Sequence record: LR756501.1
DNA: 64,000 nucleotides
Direction: 5' to 3' (one strand)
Below the pieces are notes generated by a model. That model was not told the DNA's origin. It made no database searches and worked only from the letters and a program-made list of their open reading frames with translations. The position numbers and the translations under genes are program-made. Positions within the stretch are counted from its first letter, which is position 1; the number at the start of each line of letters is the position of its first letter. Shown one piece after another: positions 30,842 to 40,329 of the stretch.

Positions 30842-32428
30842 ATGTCTATAATATCAAAATATTCTGATTTCTTAAATGAAACTTTAAAATCTTACGAGAT
30901 AGAAGTAGTAGTTAAAAAATTAGCTAATTTCTTTGATAATCTTGGGTTCACTAGAAAATATAATTTCACAGAAACAAAGTCGCCTTATTACCAATTAGTC
31001 ACGGATAGGGAGTATATGAAACGTGAACTCCTTAAATATAAAACAGGAGAAGGGGCTGGTGATATAGAATTAAAGTACATTAAGAAATTACCAAAGGATA
31101 AAAGAGAATTAATGGTTAATTCATATGAGAGAGCTCTAGAAGAATTTAAATATGGTGATATAACTATTTTTACTGATAAAAATTCACCAGAGATAACGGA
31201 TTCATTATTACATTTAATAAACACATCTGGTTATTTTGTATCTACTATAATGAAAACAGGATTGAAAATTGATAAAAAAGACATAAGGAATCATCTTATA
31301 AATCAAGATAGAATATCAATTATGATAGAACCAAATTTTGATTCTAAAGTGGATTTCAAAGGGGAATATCTTTATCATTCAACTGAAAAACAATATTTAG
31401 AAAAAATATTAAAAATTGGACTGGCCCCAAAATCAAAAAACACAAGAAGTTTCTATCCCGAGAGAATATATTTATCTCCAAATATTGAATATTTAAAAGC
31501 TATAAAGGATCAATTATCAATAGATAAATTTGGTGACTATGTAGATTTAAAGATTAAAAATTTTTCAGGTCTAGAACTCTATAAAGATGTTAGATATAAA
31601 GGAGGATTCTTTACTTATAATAATATACATCCTAAATATATTGAAGTCATTAATAGTGCCAATGAATCTGTTTTTTTAAATGAAAGTGATAGGGGTATGG
31701 AAATATATCTAAGAATGAAGAAAGCCTTCGAATCATTTGATATTGGAGATAGAGTTGTTTATAAAGGCAGAGGATTACAACTAAAAGATAGAGTTGGAGA
31801 AGAATGTGAAATTATAGATAAATCTCGTTCTCACACTCAAGTTAAAGTTAGATTTGATGATAATTTTAAAACATGGATAGATGCTATAGCTCTAAAGAAG
31901 GTAACACATAAAGCCAAAGTTAAGTGGTATTCTAAGGGTAAATTAGAAGAAGAAGGATGGGAAAATGAATCAAAAGATTTTACTGGAATGCCTGTTATAT
32001 CAAAAACTGATAAGTATATGAATCTATCTTACGAATTAGAACCTTTAAAGGATTTAGAAGAGATGGCTAGTAATCTTACCGCTGAACAATATGCTGGATA
32101 TATTTTCGAAAATGTGAACAGAGTATTTGAACATTTAATACACAGAAGAGTGGTACTAGTTGCCAAAAAATGTAAAGATGTGTCTAAATCTTTTGTAGAT
32201 CCAGATAGATGGGATCAAGAAAAGAAACATTCCATATATATTTATTCTTATTTACCACGACCAGATGGAGGTTTAATAATAAGAGGTGATGATATGGGAG
32301 GCGATATTTATTCAGTTGATTTAGTGAAATGTGCAAACGACCCTGAAAAATATCCAATATTATTAAGAAATGTTAGAATATTCTCAAATGACGATTCCTA
32401 CGGTGAAGAAGAGTGGAGTGACGAATAA
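30842..32428 (+). CDS. Modular protein: CTS-like leader, ART/Tpt1-like domain, SH3-like domain, terminal DSYGEEEW
   Basis: MSIISKYSDFLNE; YLYHSTE..GLAPKS..RIYLS; FDIGDRVVY. Confidence 0.7.
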   Translation: MSIISKYSDFLNETLKSYEIEVVVKKLANFFDNLGFTRKYNFTETKSPYYQLVTDREYMKRELLKYKTGEGAGDIELKYIKKLPKDKRELMVNSYERALEEFKYGDITIFTDKNSPEITDSLLHLINTSGYFVSTIMKTGLKIDKKDIRNHLINQDRISIMIEPNFDSKVDFKGEYLYHSTEKQYLEKILKIGLAPKSKNTRSFYPERIYLSPNIEYLKAIKDQLSIDKFGDYVDLKIKNFSGLELYKDVRYKGGFFTYNNIHPKYIEVINSANESVFLNESDRGMEIYLRMKKAFESFDIGDRVVYKGRGLQLKDRVGEECEIIDKSRSHTQVKVRFDDNFKTWIDAIALKKVTHKAKVKWYSKGKLEEEGWENESKDFTGMPVISKTDKYMNLSYELEPLKDLEEMASNLTAEQYAGYIFENVNRVFEHLIHRRVVLVAKKCKDVSKSFVDPDRWDQEKKHSIYIYSYLPRPDGGLIIRGDDMGGDIYSVDLVKCANDPEKYPILLRNVRIFSNDDSYGEEEWSDE

Positions 32429-32477
32429 AAACGACATTTATAAATTAATATATAACGCAAAAATAAATTAGAATAAG

Positions 32478-33149
32478 ATGGACATTTTAAGAAAATATAG
32501 ACACTTTATAAATGAAGCTGTCGATTCAGATAAAGAGATCAAAACATTGAACGATGTCCCAGGTGAAGTCATTGAATCAGCTAAAAAAATAGCTGGTGAT
32601 ATGTTTGATAGAGTTAGAAAACCTGTATTCGAATTATCACCCGAAGGACTGATTATGAAATTTCAAGTTACTCAACAAGATTTCAATTATATAGATGAGA
32701 ACGAAACTCTTAAATTAGATATGACCGAAGGAGCTAGAAAGAAAAGAACTTATGATGTTACACTTTCTTATTTAGATAGAATATCAGAAACATTTGAGGT
32801 TACTTATTTAGTCAATTTTGAAATTTTTGAATTCGTTCCAGAAGACGACGAAGACGAAATTGTGGACGACGATATTGAAGACGAAATTGAATACGACGAC
32901 GTTGACGACGCTGTAATGACTAAATATCAAGAATTACTCGCTAAATGGAAAAAAGAACAAATCAAAAACAACGCCAATACCAATCCAGGTGAAGGAACAA
33001 GAAGAAGATTAATGGATCAAGCAAAGAAAGAACTTGGTGAAGACGAAGAATATTTCGATGAAGACGTTGCAGATCAAAACATTAAAAAAGGTAAAATTAA
33101 AATTCAGGACGTGGATCTAGAAGAAGATATAGATGACGAAGATGAATAA
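32478..33149 (+). CDS. Acidic protein, CTS-like leader
   Basis: MDILRKYRHFINE; D/E-rich C-terminal half. Confidence 0.75.
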   Translation: MDILRKYRHFINEAVDSDKEIKTLNDVPGEVIESAKKIAGDMFDRVRKPVFELSPEGLIMKFQVTQQDFNYIDENETLKLDMTEGARKKRTYDVTLSYLDRISETFEVTYLVNFEIFEFVPEDDEDEIVDDDIEDEIEYDDVDDAVMTKYQELLAKWKKEQIKNNANTNPGEGTRRRLMDQAKKELGEDEEYFDEDVADQNIKKGKIKIQDVDLEEDIDDEDE

Positions 33150-33169
33150 TAAAAAATAATATAACAACA

Positions 33170-33631
33170 ATGAAGAAATTTAATAATTTGATGACGTATG
33201 AATCATACAATATGGTAAATGAAGGGATTAAAGTTCCTGAACTTAGTCAACAAATGAAAGCAGATATCGACGCTTTTGTAGCTAAAAACAAAGCTTGGTT
33301 ACAAAAGGTTCTGATTAACTTTAAAGGTAAGTCGGCACAAGAAATAACAACTATGTTGGCCACACCTAGCGCTCCAACTTCACCTGTAACAGAAGGTGTT
33401 ATAACTGATAAACTAAAAGAGGTTGGCAATAAAATTAAATCAAATATTGGTAACTGGTTAACAAGTTTATCAACAGGTGTATCTGTGGCTTCATTTGGTA
33501 CAATGTTATTTGGATTATTCCAATTAGCCCAATCTGGTGCAGTAACTAACTTTCTATCAGGTGGTGCACTCGCGTTATTAGCTTCTGTTGTTATATACGC
33601 AGTGGGTAAAGTTTTCGGTGGACAAAATTAA
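33170..33631 (+). CDS. Protein with xNE leader and two C-terminal transmembrane helices
   Basis: MKKFNNL..MVNE; VNE/ITE motifs; hydrophobic hairpin. Confidence 0.75.
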   Translation: MKKFNNLMTYESYNMVNEGIKVPELSQQMKADIDAFVAKNKAWLQKVLINFKGKSAQEITTMLATPSAPTSPVTEGVITDKLKEVGNKIKSNIGNWLTSLSTGVSVASFGTMLFGLFQLAQSGAVTNFLSGGALALLASVVIYAVGKVFGGQN

Positions 33632-33649
33632 ATTGGTCTTAATATAAAC

Positions 33650-33681
33650 AAAAAAATCGCACATTAATGTGCGATTTTTTT
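33650..33681. terminator. Bidirectional intrinsic terminator
   Basis: aaaaaatcgcacat-ta-atgtgcgattttt. Confidence 0.85.
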
Positions 33682-33698
33682 ATGCAAATATTTTTATA

Positions 33699-33896
33699 TC
33701 AAGATGTTGCTTTGATAAATCCTAATCCTCTAGTGAGTTCGTAAGAAACAGGCCAAAAGACTAACATAAATATAATATAATCCATTCTATTTACATAGAT
33801 GGTTGTAGCAATCAGAAATACTATTAAAAAAAATCCAAGTGAATAACAAAGAAACGTGATAAACTCGGCCATGGTGAATTTTCTGAATGTTTTCAT
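33699..33896 (-). CDS. Small membrane protein
   Basis: Two hydrophobic stretches; TAnnTTTG promoter upstream. Confidence 0.65.
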   Translation of the reverse strand: MKTFRKFTMAEFITFLCYSLGFFLIVFLIATTIYVNRMDYIIFMLVFWPVSYELTRGLGFIKATS

Positions 33897-33933
33897 GGGA
33901 TTACATGTGTTGAGGGTTTTTACTTTTCTAAAA

Positions 33934-33941
33934 CAAAGATA
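33934..33941 (-). promoter_or_regulatory. Bacteroidota-type -7 promoter element
   Basis: TATCTTTG = TAnnTTTG, with an upstream AATTTTTTA tract. Confidence 0.65.
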
Positions 33942-33964
33942 ATAAATTTTTCTGATATAAAAAA

Positions 33965-34309
33965 TTAATGATAAAATTTAAACCTCACTGGATCACCAAC
34001 TTCGACAAATTTTAAAACTAATCTTTTATCGTCTTCGTGGCAAACGAGATCTCTGAAATATGGGAGCTTTTCAAATAAAAATTTCTTAATCTTGGTAATG
34101 TTTTTTTCACTATCATCTGATTTTTGGAAATATTCGAATGATATACTATTTTGATTATTATATATGAACCAACAACTCATATCGAAGTCTTTCAAAGCTT
34201 CTATGATTACATCTATATCTATGTGAATATCGTTAAGAACAAATCTATAAAATTCTTTCTTCTTAACCTCTTCTAATAAAAATTCATTATAATTCTTGTA
34301 CGCCGTCAT
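33965..34309 (-). CDS. Hypothetical protein, CTS-like leader
   Basis: MTAYKNYNEFLLE. Confidence 0.72.
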   Translation of the reverse strand: MTAYKNYNEFLLEEVKKKEFYRFVLNDIHIDIDVIIEALKDFDMSCWFIYNNQNSISFEYFQKSDDSEKNITKIKKFLFEKLPYFRDLVCHEDDKRLVLKFVEVGDPVRFKFYH

Positions 34310-35015
34310 TAGATTGCTTTGGTTTTATTTTAACATAAAATGTTACTTTATCATCATCTTCACTATCAATGTAATAAAAGACTTTATTAAACCATTTGAA
34401 TTTTTCACACCATTTTTCGTACCTGTGAAGTAAACCGTTCACGTTTTCTAAGTCTTCTTTACAATCTTCTTTACTAATAGATTTTTTTACTATTGTTTCA
34501 TTTAAAATTAATATATCCCCTTTACCTTCAAACCAAGTTTTTAAATGACTTTTAATTTCTTGTAACATATTAAGATTCACCAAATTAGAATTTTTTAATA
34601 TGCCTTCTATAAGAGCTATACATTTATAAGATTTAAGACTTCTAACGTATTTTGTATCTACTTTGAATAATCCAGTTTTATAAATTTCTCTGGTCATATC
34701 ATTTTGGAGACCGTATTCTAAATTATTACTCTTTATACCAAAATAAAAAGATAATCTATTGTCTTTTATTTGATTAGCTGTTTCACATGTGGTTTTAAGG
34801 GACATTGAATCGCTGAAATATCCAAGGAGATCTTCTTTATTTTTTATATGATCAGTTGTGAAGAAGTACTGATATTTACCAGTGTTAAGATAATGACTTG
34901 TCTTTATAAAATGCATCTTCATATCATCAAGTAGTTTAAGGAACATAAAGAACCCGTGCTTTCCATCTAATCTAGGACCTTCATTTTCTTTTATGTATTC
35001 GTAGTAACTTCTCAT
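34287..35015 (-). CDS. Hypothetical protein, CTS-like leader
   Basis: MRSYYEYIKE. Confidence 0.72.
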   Translation of the reverse strand: MRSYYEYIKENEGPRLDGKHGFFMFLKLLDDMKMHFIKTSHYLNTGKYQYFFTTDHIKNKEDLLGYFSDSMSLKTTCETANQIKDNRLSFYFGIKSNNLEYGLQNDMTREIYKTGLFKVDTKYVRSLKSYKCIALIEGILKNSNLVNLNMLQEIKSHLKTWFEGKGDILILNETIVKKSISKEDCKEDLENVNGLLHRYEKWCEKFKWFNKVFYYIDSEDDDKVTFYVKIKPKQSNDGVQEL

Positions 35016-35644
35016 TAATTCATATATTTTTTATAAAAGTGCTTAAACGCACTATCAAATTGTTCTCTTGATATTTTATGATATGTATCAGGTAATATTA
35101 ATATTTCACCACCTTTTTCTTCAAAATTAATCTTCTTTAAATCTTCTATTGTTAAAGCACCATCTACTCCAAAATCGGCTTTAGTGTCTTTATCACCAAT
35201 TATAATCAACTGTTTTGGAAATAAAGGTAGATTTTTCATATCATCTGGTAAAGGTTGAAGCGTTGGAGCTTCACTTGTAGCACACATTGCTGGATTAATC
35301 CCCATAGACGGAATCTTATATTTGTTAGCCAAATAAAATGAAGCGTAACCACCAGCAGAATTACCTACAATTGCTTCAACGTTGTGACTTTCAATTATTT
35401 CCCTCATATCTTCAAATATAATTTCGCCTGCTCTCCAATAAACACTACCAGTTATAACGTGATGACCAAATTGTGATAATATATTAGATGTATCTTGATT
35501 TCTCCTATATATATTTAAAGATAAATCGTCTTTTAACCACCCTCTAGAACCGTTGATAAATAATATACATGGTTTATCCCCAGGATCTTTTAGTTGGGTA
35601 TGAATCTCGTTTATAAAAGAATTAAATTTTTTCATCTTAGGCAT
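35015..35644 (-). CDS. Alpha/beta hydrolase (YqiA-like esterase), CTS-like leader
   Basis: GNSAGG nucleophile elbow; MKKFNSFINE. Confidence 0.78.
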   Translation of the reverse strand: MPKMKKFNSFINEIHTQLKDPGDKPCILFINGSRGWLKDDLSLNIYRRNQDTSNILSQFGHHVITGSVYWRAGEIIFEDMREIIESHNVEAIVGNSAGGYASFYLANKYKIPSMGINPAMCATSEAPTLQPLPDDMKNLPLFPKQLIIIGDKDTKADFGVDGALTIEDLKKINFEEKGGEILILPDTYHKISREQFDSAFKHFYKKYMN

Positions 35645-35704
35645 ATATATAAAAAAACGATTTCCAGTTTTTTATATATAACTGTGAAAAATAATAAAAA
35701 TATT

Positions 35705-36283
35705 ATGAGCCAAATATTAAGATTCAATGATTTTGTGAAAGAGGCTAACGCTTCTTACGCAGGTGATTGGCCACTAAATAAACAACAGATTGGAATGGAC
35801 GACGGTGATGTTGCTAATAATCAAGAATACGCCAAGAAAGAGAATAAGTTTCAAGAGGTACAAGAACATATGAAAGCAATATTAAAACCTATTCTTTTAA
35901 AGAAAAATCCAAACGCCAACGATAGTGATATAGAAAAAGTATCTGATTCATTTTTCAATTTAGGTGATAACAAGGCTCAAGAAGTCAGGAAAATGGTTGA
36001 TAATTGTAAAGACGCAAAACAATGTGCTCAGGATATAGTTAATAGATATTTGAGATACGTTAAGATTAATTTCAATTCAAAAGATAACGTAAATGACGTA
36101 GAACAAGATTCTGTAATGGCATCAGAAGGAATGGATAGTAATATGGCTGGCGTATGTGAAGAATGTGATGGTAAAGGATATACCGATAAAGGTAGATGTA
36201 AAGCTTGTAACGGCACTGGTTTAACACCAGGGGTTAAAAAGAAAAGGAGATCAACAAAATCATTTAAACAATACAATGGATAA
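35705..36283 (+). CDS. Hypothetical protein, CTS-like leader, C-terminal DnaJ-type zinc finger
   Basis: ATG at 35705 gives MSQILRFNDFVKE; CEECDGKG, CKACNGTG. Confidence 0.75.
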   Translation: MSQILRFNDFVKEANASYAGDWPLNKQQIGMDDGDVANNQEYAKKENKFQEVQEHMKAILKPILLKKNPNANDSDIEKVSDSFFNLGDNKAQEVRKMVDNCKDAKQCAQDIVNRYLRYVKINFNSKDNVNDVEQDSVMASEGMDSNMAGVCEECDGKGYTDKGRCKACNGTGLTPGVKKKRRSTKSFKQYNG

Positions 36284-36554
36284 TATACTAAAATATGATA
36301 AATTCGTTATGATCAACGAAGGGAAAATTAAAGATGTTGAGAGCTTCGGTAACTATATTTTATATCACAAAGAACAATTTCCTGGTATGAACTTCCCTAA
36401 AAGATATATTGGAAAAGGAAAATTTAGATATAGAGTTCTTGCTAGGGAAGGTGATAAAGTGAAACCTATTAATTTTGGTGATAGAACTGCTAAGATAAAG
36501 CCATTTAACAGATTGAGTAAAAAATACTGGGAAGCACTCCCACATTATAAGTGA
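36276..36554 (+). CDS. Small basic protein, CTS-like leader
   Basis: MDNILKYDKFVMINE. Confidence 0.72.
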   Translation: MDNILKYDKFVMINEGKIKDVESFGNYILYHKEQFPGMNFPKRYIGKGKFRYRVLAREGDKVKPINFGDRTAKIKPFNRLSKKYWEALPHYK

Positions 36555-36555
36555 T

Positions 36556-37314
36556 ATGGAAAATTTAAGGAATTACGATAATTTTTTATCTGGATTAAAT
36601 TTCGCTAAAATTAAATCAGATAAGAATACCACTTTGTTTCTAGAAGGCATGATGACCGAGAAAGAGTGGAAAGAATACTGCAATGATTCACTAAACGAGA
36701 GTTGGTGGGACGATATGAAAAATTGGTTTAGTGAAAAAATTATATCTAAACTTAAATCAATATACGAAGCAGTAATGAATGGTGTAGCGGGTGCTTATTT
36801 GAAAATAAAAGCTATCATAGATACTATTGTAAATGGAATTTCAGGATTTAAACAAAAACACCCTATTCTATTTAAAGTTATAGTTACTTTTATAGTTGCA
36901 GCCTTGGTTATTATATTTTTTATAATAACGTCTAATAGTGCAAAAGCAGGTGAACCAGCTAAAAATTCAACAATGATGTGGGAATACGCAAACGGTATAA
37001 TAAATAACTATTCTAACGATCCAAGTTCGACTGTTGATAAGAATTTATTAATGCACGCACAAGCTTATTGTATGGATATGAAAGACGGTATTCTTGGTAA
37101 CGAAGGTATTGATTGGGCAAAAGAGAAATTACCAGAAATAGAAAAAATTGTAAATATCGCTACTAAAAACTTTGATACTTTAAGTCAAGAGGCTATGAAG
37201 GGCGATAAAAACGCTGGATCATTTATTATTAAAATGTGTGAACAAGGTAAAGAATTTATCTCATTTATACACGAACATATTGGTGGCAGAGAAAGAATCG
37301 CTTTAGGAAAATAA
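36556..37314 (+). CDS. Protein with central transmembrane segment, CTS-like leader
   Basis: MENLRNYDNFL; SLNE; VIVTFIVAALVIIFFII. Confidence 0.72.
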   Translation: MENLRNYDNFLSGLNFAKIKSDKNTTLFLEGMMTEKEWKEYCNDSLNESWWDDMKNWFSEKIISKLKSIYEAVMNGVAGAYLKIKAIIDTIVNGISGFKQKHPILFKVIVTFIVAALVIIFFIITSNSAKAGEPAKNSTMMWEYANGIINNYSNDPSSTVDKNLLMHAQAYCMDMKDGILGNEGIDWAKEKLPEIEKIVNIATKNFDTLSQEAMKGDKNAGSFIIKMCEQGKEFISFIHEHIGGRERIALGK

Positions 37315-37315
37315 T

Positions 37316-37558
37316 TTATCTATTAATAACGTTGTTAATAGCGTATAAATTAAACAAAGTCATTAAAGGTTCCAATTTTTCCTTGCCCCAAATATACACC
37401 ATCACGAAAGGTGATAATAAGAAGTAAAAAACTTGTGATAAAATATTATTCAACATCATAGGGACGTAGAATAATATTTTACCAACAAGTTTGAATTCAT
37501 CCATAGACGTATCCCATTTATTCATTATGAATAATATAGATTTTATCAGAATTTCCAT
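37316..37558 (-). CDS. Small membrane protein
   Basis: Hydrophobic 80-aa ORF. Confidence 0.6.
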   Translation of the reverse strand: MEILIKSILFIMNKWDTSMDEFKLVGKILFYVPMMLNNILSQVFYFLLSPFVMVYIWGKEKLEPLMTLFNLYAINNVINR

Positions 37559-37559
37559 T

Positions 37560-38723
37560 TTAGTTATATTTTTTATTATCAGTCAATCTTGGAATTTCAG
37601 AGTCTGGAACTAGTCCTTTCTCTACTTGTGCCCAAAGTTTCTTGAATGTATCTTTAGCTTCTTCTCTTCTATCAGACCAGTAACAAGATATATTATGTAA
37701 ATCATATATCTTCCAGTTGTATATATCTGCTTCGTAGAATAAGAAATTATTATTTCCTTTTTCAGCAAATCTCATAGCGTATGATGAATAAATATAAGCT
37801 ATATCAAATTCTTTCATAATATGATAATAGAAAATTATAGGAATTAAATGCTCACATCTATTCATATTTAATTTACCACATTTTAAAAAAGAATCAGCAA
37901 TATCCCACATAGGATATCTCATCAATTCTTTTATTCTGGCAATTTTTAACTGAGATACATAGAGTTCTTCTTGGTTACCGTGACCAATATCCATTCTTTT
38001 CTCAAACCACTGTAAAGCTTTCTTCAAATTCTTTTCTGTTCCAGCGTCAAAATAAGAACAAGCTAAATAAAAAGTCCACCTAGGATGACCAGCGTTTTGT
38101 TCTCTTGAAAGGTATCTTTCTAAAGCTCTAGCGTGATCCTCATATTTTTCTTGTTTAGTCATTGTGGTCCAAGACATACCATCTTCTGTCTGTATAACAG
38201 AAAGACCTTTAACTAAATTATTAGCTTCCACTTTGGCCCCATCGTATATACCGCCACATAATAAAATTTCGTGTCTTGGACCGTACCATTTCCAAGGTTT
38301 ATCTGTGGATATAAAAGATATGCGATTAAAAGTTTCCGAACCCTTTGTATATAGAAGTTCTATACTGTTAAAATCTAACATTTTCGTTTTAAATTCATCA
38401 ACATCAAAAGATGGATCTATAACAAGTATATCGTCAGCGTCCATAATAAAATTATAGTCAGCTTTACCAACAGCTGCTTCCAAAGCCAAATTTCTTGGTT
38501 CTTCAGCGATAAAAAAATCCATAGGACGATCTATTACGACTCCTTCTACATTCTTTTCTTTAAAAAATTCTCTGATAATTTCTTGTGTTCCGTCGTTTGA
38601 TCCAGTATCTACTACCACAAAATAATCTATTATTGGGAGTACTGAATTTAACATGTTAAGAATTACTCTGGATTCGTTCTTAACAATAGTGGATAGGGAT
38701 ATTTTTGCCTTTTTGTCTGCCAT
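37560..38723 (-). CDS. Family 2 glycosyltransferase with helical C-terminus
   Basis: STIVKNE, VDTGSNDGT, MDADD. Confidence 0.88.
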   Translation of the reverse strand: MADKKAKISLSTIVKNESRVILNMLNSVLPIIDYFVVVDTGSNDGTQEIIREFFKEKNVEGVVIDRPMDFFIAEEPRNLALEAAVGKADYNFIMDADDILVIDPSFDVDEFKTKMLDFNSIELLYTKGSETFNRISFISTDKPWKWYGPRHEILLCGGIYDGAKVEANNLVKGLSVIQTEDGMSWTTMTKQEKYEDHARALERYLSREQNAGHPRWTFYLACSYFDAGTEKNLKKALQWFEKRMDIGHGNQEELYVSQLKIARIKELMRYPMWDIADSFLKCGKLNMNRCEHLIPIIFYYHIMKEFDIAYIYSSYAMRFAEKGNNNFLFYEADIYNWKIYDLHNISCYWSDRREEAKDTFKKLWAQVEKGLVPDSEIPRLTDNKKYN

Positions 38724-38783
38724 TGTTATATTGATTGTTTTTCTATTTTATATAGAATATAACAAATAGTTTAAAAAAAGCAT

Positions 38784-38812
38784 AAAAAAACAGGACGTAA
38801 AGTCCTGTTTTC
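38784..38812 (-). terminator. Terminator after the tRNA-Glu trio
   Basis: aacaggac-gtaaa-gtcctgtt with A tract on +. Confidence 0.8.
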
Positions 38813-38815
38813 TAG

Positions 38816-38887
38816 TCACCCCAACGGAAGTCGAATCCGTATCTTCGCTGTGAGAGAGCGATTACCTAACCATTAGTAGATGGGGCG
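38816..38887 (-). tRNA. tRNA-Glu(CTC)
   Basis: Cloverleaf; anticodon arm tcgct-CTCTCAC-agcga. Confidence 0.88.
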
Positions 38888-38899
38888 TTATGTAATTTG

Positions 38900-38974
38900 T
38901 ACTCCCGACGAGACTCGAACTCGCAAATCTTCGCCGTGAAAGGGCGATGTCCTAACCAATTAGACGACAGGAGC
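38900..38974 (-). tRNA. tRNA-Glu(TTC)
   Basis: tcgcc-CTTTCAC-ggcga. Confidence 0.92.
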
Positions 38975-38990
38975 ATTTAGTTTCATTGTG

Positions 38991-39064
38991 TGACGCTATG
39001 GGGATTCGAACCCCAGATTTCAAGGATGAAAACCTTGCGTCCTGACCAACTAGACGATAGCGCC
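38991..39064 (-). tRNA. tRNA-Glu(TTC)
   Basis: caagg-TTTTCAT-ccttg. Confidence 0.9.
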
Positions 39065-39114
39065 AAAAATCTTAAAAACTTCTTAATATATATATTGAAA
39101 TAGAAATTGTTTAT

Positions 39115-39540
39115 TTAAACACTATCCTTGATATTCTTTTGTTCTACCGTCAATATTTGCCCTCTGAACCAAGGAGATAAGAAAATCTCTTTATCATCGT
39201 CATACATAACAGCTTCTTGTTCGAAGCCTTCACCAATGCCGTCAGACATTTGACCTTGAGTATAACTTTTCAGAACTTCTACTTCTTCGTCATTTAAGAG
39301 TTCTCTTGATTGGTACTCAATAATAGCGTAGAGAATACCAGCCTTGTAAGCGAACCTCATATATCCACCTTTAACACCTCTGTCTATAAGACATTGCTGA
39401 CCCGGATAATGTTTATCTCCAATTCTAAATGCTTCGTGGAAATATTCTGAAAAACAATCTTGGCAATCTATACCGTCTAATTTGCTTCTATCGTCGATGT
39501 TTGACGAACCAGCTGGTCCTTTTACTGTGATTTTATACAT
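39115..39540 (-). CDS. Hypothetical protein
   Basis: 141-aa ORF. Confidence 0.7.
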   Translation of the reverse strand: MYKITVKGPAGSSNIDDRSKLDGIDCQDCFSEYFHEAFRIGDKHYPGQQCLIDRGVKGGYMRFAYKAGILYAIIEYQSRELLNDEEVEVLKSYTQGQMSDGIGEGFEQEAVMYDDDKEIFLSPWFRGQILTVEQKNIKDSV

Positions 39541-39817
39541 TTTCTAGTTTGTTTTTTGCTTCATTTAAAACTTTTATAAGAACGTCTATTGATTTAGGAT
39601 TTGTAAAAGTCAATACTGCCTCAGGTTTAATATCTTCAAATTTACCTTGTGGTCCGTCTTCGTCATATTCACCAATTTCAAAAGGTTCAGTATTCTTAAA
39701 AAGAACAATCACTTTATTTTCATCCAAAGATTTGTTGTTCATTATAGATATATCACCTTTACCAAATTCTGCCAGTGTACAAATTATTCCATTAACTTTA
39801 GCGTTGAGATATACCAT
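39533..39817 (-). CDS. Hypothetical protein
   Basis: 94-aa ORF. Confidence 0.7.
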   Translation of the reverse strand: MVYLNAKVNGIICTLAEFGKGDISIMNNKSLDENKVIVLFKNTEPFEIGEYDEDGPQGKFEDIKPEAVLTFTNPKSIDVLIKVLNEAKNKLENV

Positions 39818-39818
39818 T

Positions 39819-40082
39819 TTACCTTTTCTTTTTAGTATCTTTCTTGGATTCTTTCTTGTCTTTCCTTACTTCTTTCTTTTCAGATTTAGCTTCTTTCTTA
39901 GCTTCTTTCTTAGCTTCGGCTTTGGCTTCAGTTGCAGTCTTTTCAGCCTTGAAGGCGTCTTTATAATCTTTCTTAGCTGCGTAAGCCCAACCTCTTTCAG
40001 TCATGGAATTGATTTTGATAATGTCTTCCATAGTCTTGTCGTTAACTTTAACGAATTCATCACCTTTTCTGAGAACCTTCAT
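39819..40082 (-). CDS. Small protein with K/E/A-rich repetitive tail
   Basis: AKAEAKKEAKKEAKSEKK. Confidence 0.7.
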   Translation of the reverse strand: MKVLRKGDEFVKVNDKTMEDIIKINSMTERGWAYAAKKDYKDAFKAEKTATEAKAEAKKEAKKEAKSEKKEVRKDKKESKKDTKKKR

Positions 40083-40117
40083 ACTTTTCGTGTTTTTTAA
40101 GATTAGTAAATAAAAAT

Positions 40118-40244
40118 ACAGTTCCAGTTAGATCAGTCACGCGTCTCTACTGCCTTAATTATTCCCTCTTTGTCCTCTTTCGAGATTAGGCTACAGACTC
40201 GATGCCTGTAGCACGCCCAACGCGTAGGGAAGCTGGTTTACTGC
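40118..40244 (-). ncRNA. Candidate structured ncRNA
   Basis: Closing pairing gcagt..ccag/ctgg..actgt; gctacag/ctgtagc hairpin; ctc-GAAA-gag. Confidence 0.45.
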
Positions 40245-40250
40245 ATTTAG

Positions 40251-40323
40251 TAGCAATGGAGGGACTTGAACCCCCAACCTCGAAGGTATAAGCTTCTTGC
40301 GCTAACCATTGCGCCACATTGCT
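40251..40323 (-). tRNA. tRNA-Ile(TAT)
   Basis: gaag-CTTATAC-cttc; normal D and T arms. Confidence 0.85.
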
Positions 40324-40329
40324 ATTTAG

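Noticed and set aside
6528-38723. A coherent DNA-hypermodification or glycan cluster (methyltransferases, FkbM, GT2, HAD, aminotransferase, radical SAM)
   Set aside because: The genes are scattered on different strands with no shared operon and no base-modification hallmark enzyme; nothing in the sequence links them.
39890-39945. Short tandem DNA repeat (ttagcttctttc)
   Set aside because: Explained by the low-complexity AKKE coding repeat of the 39819-40082 protein.
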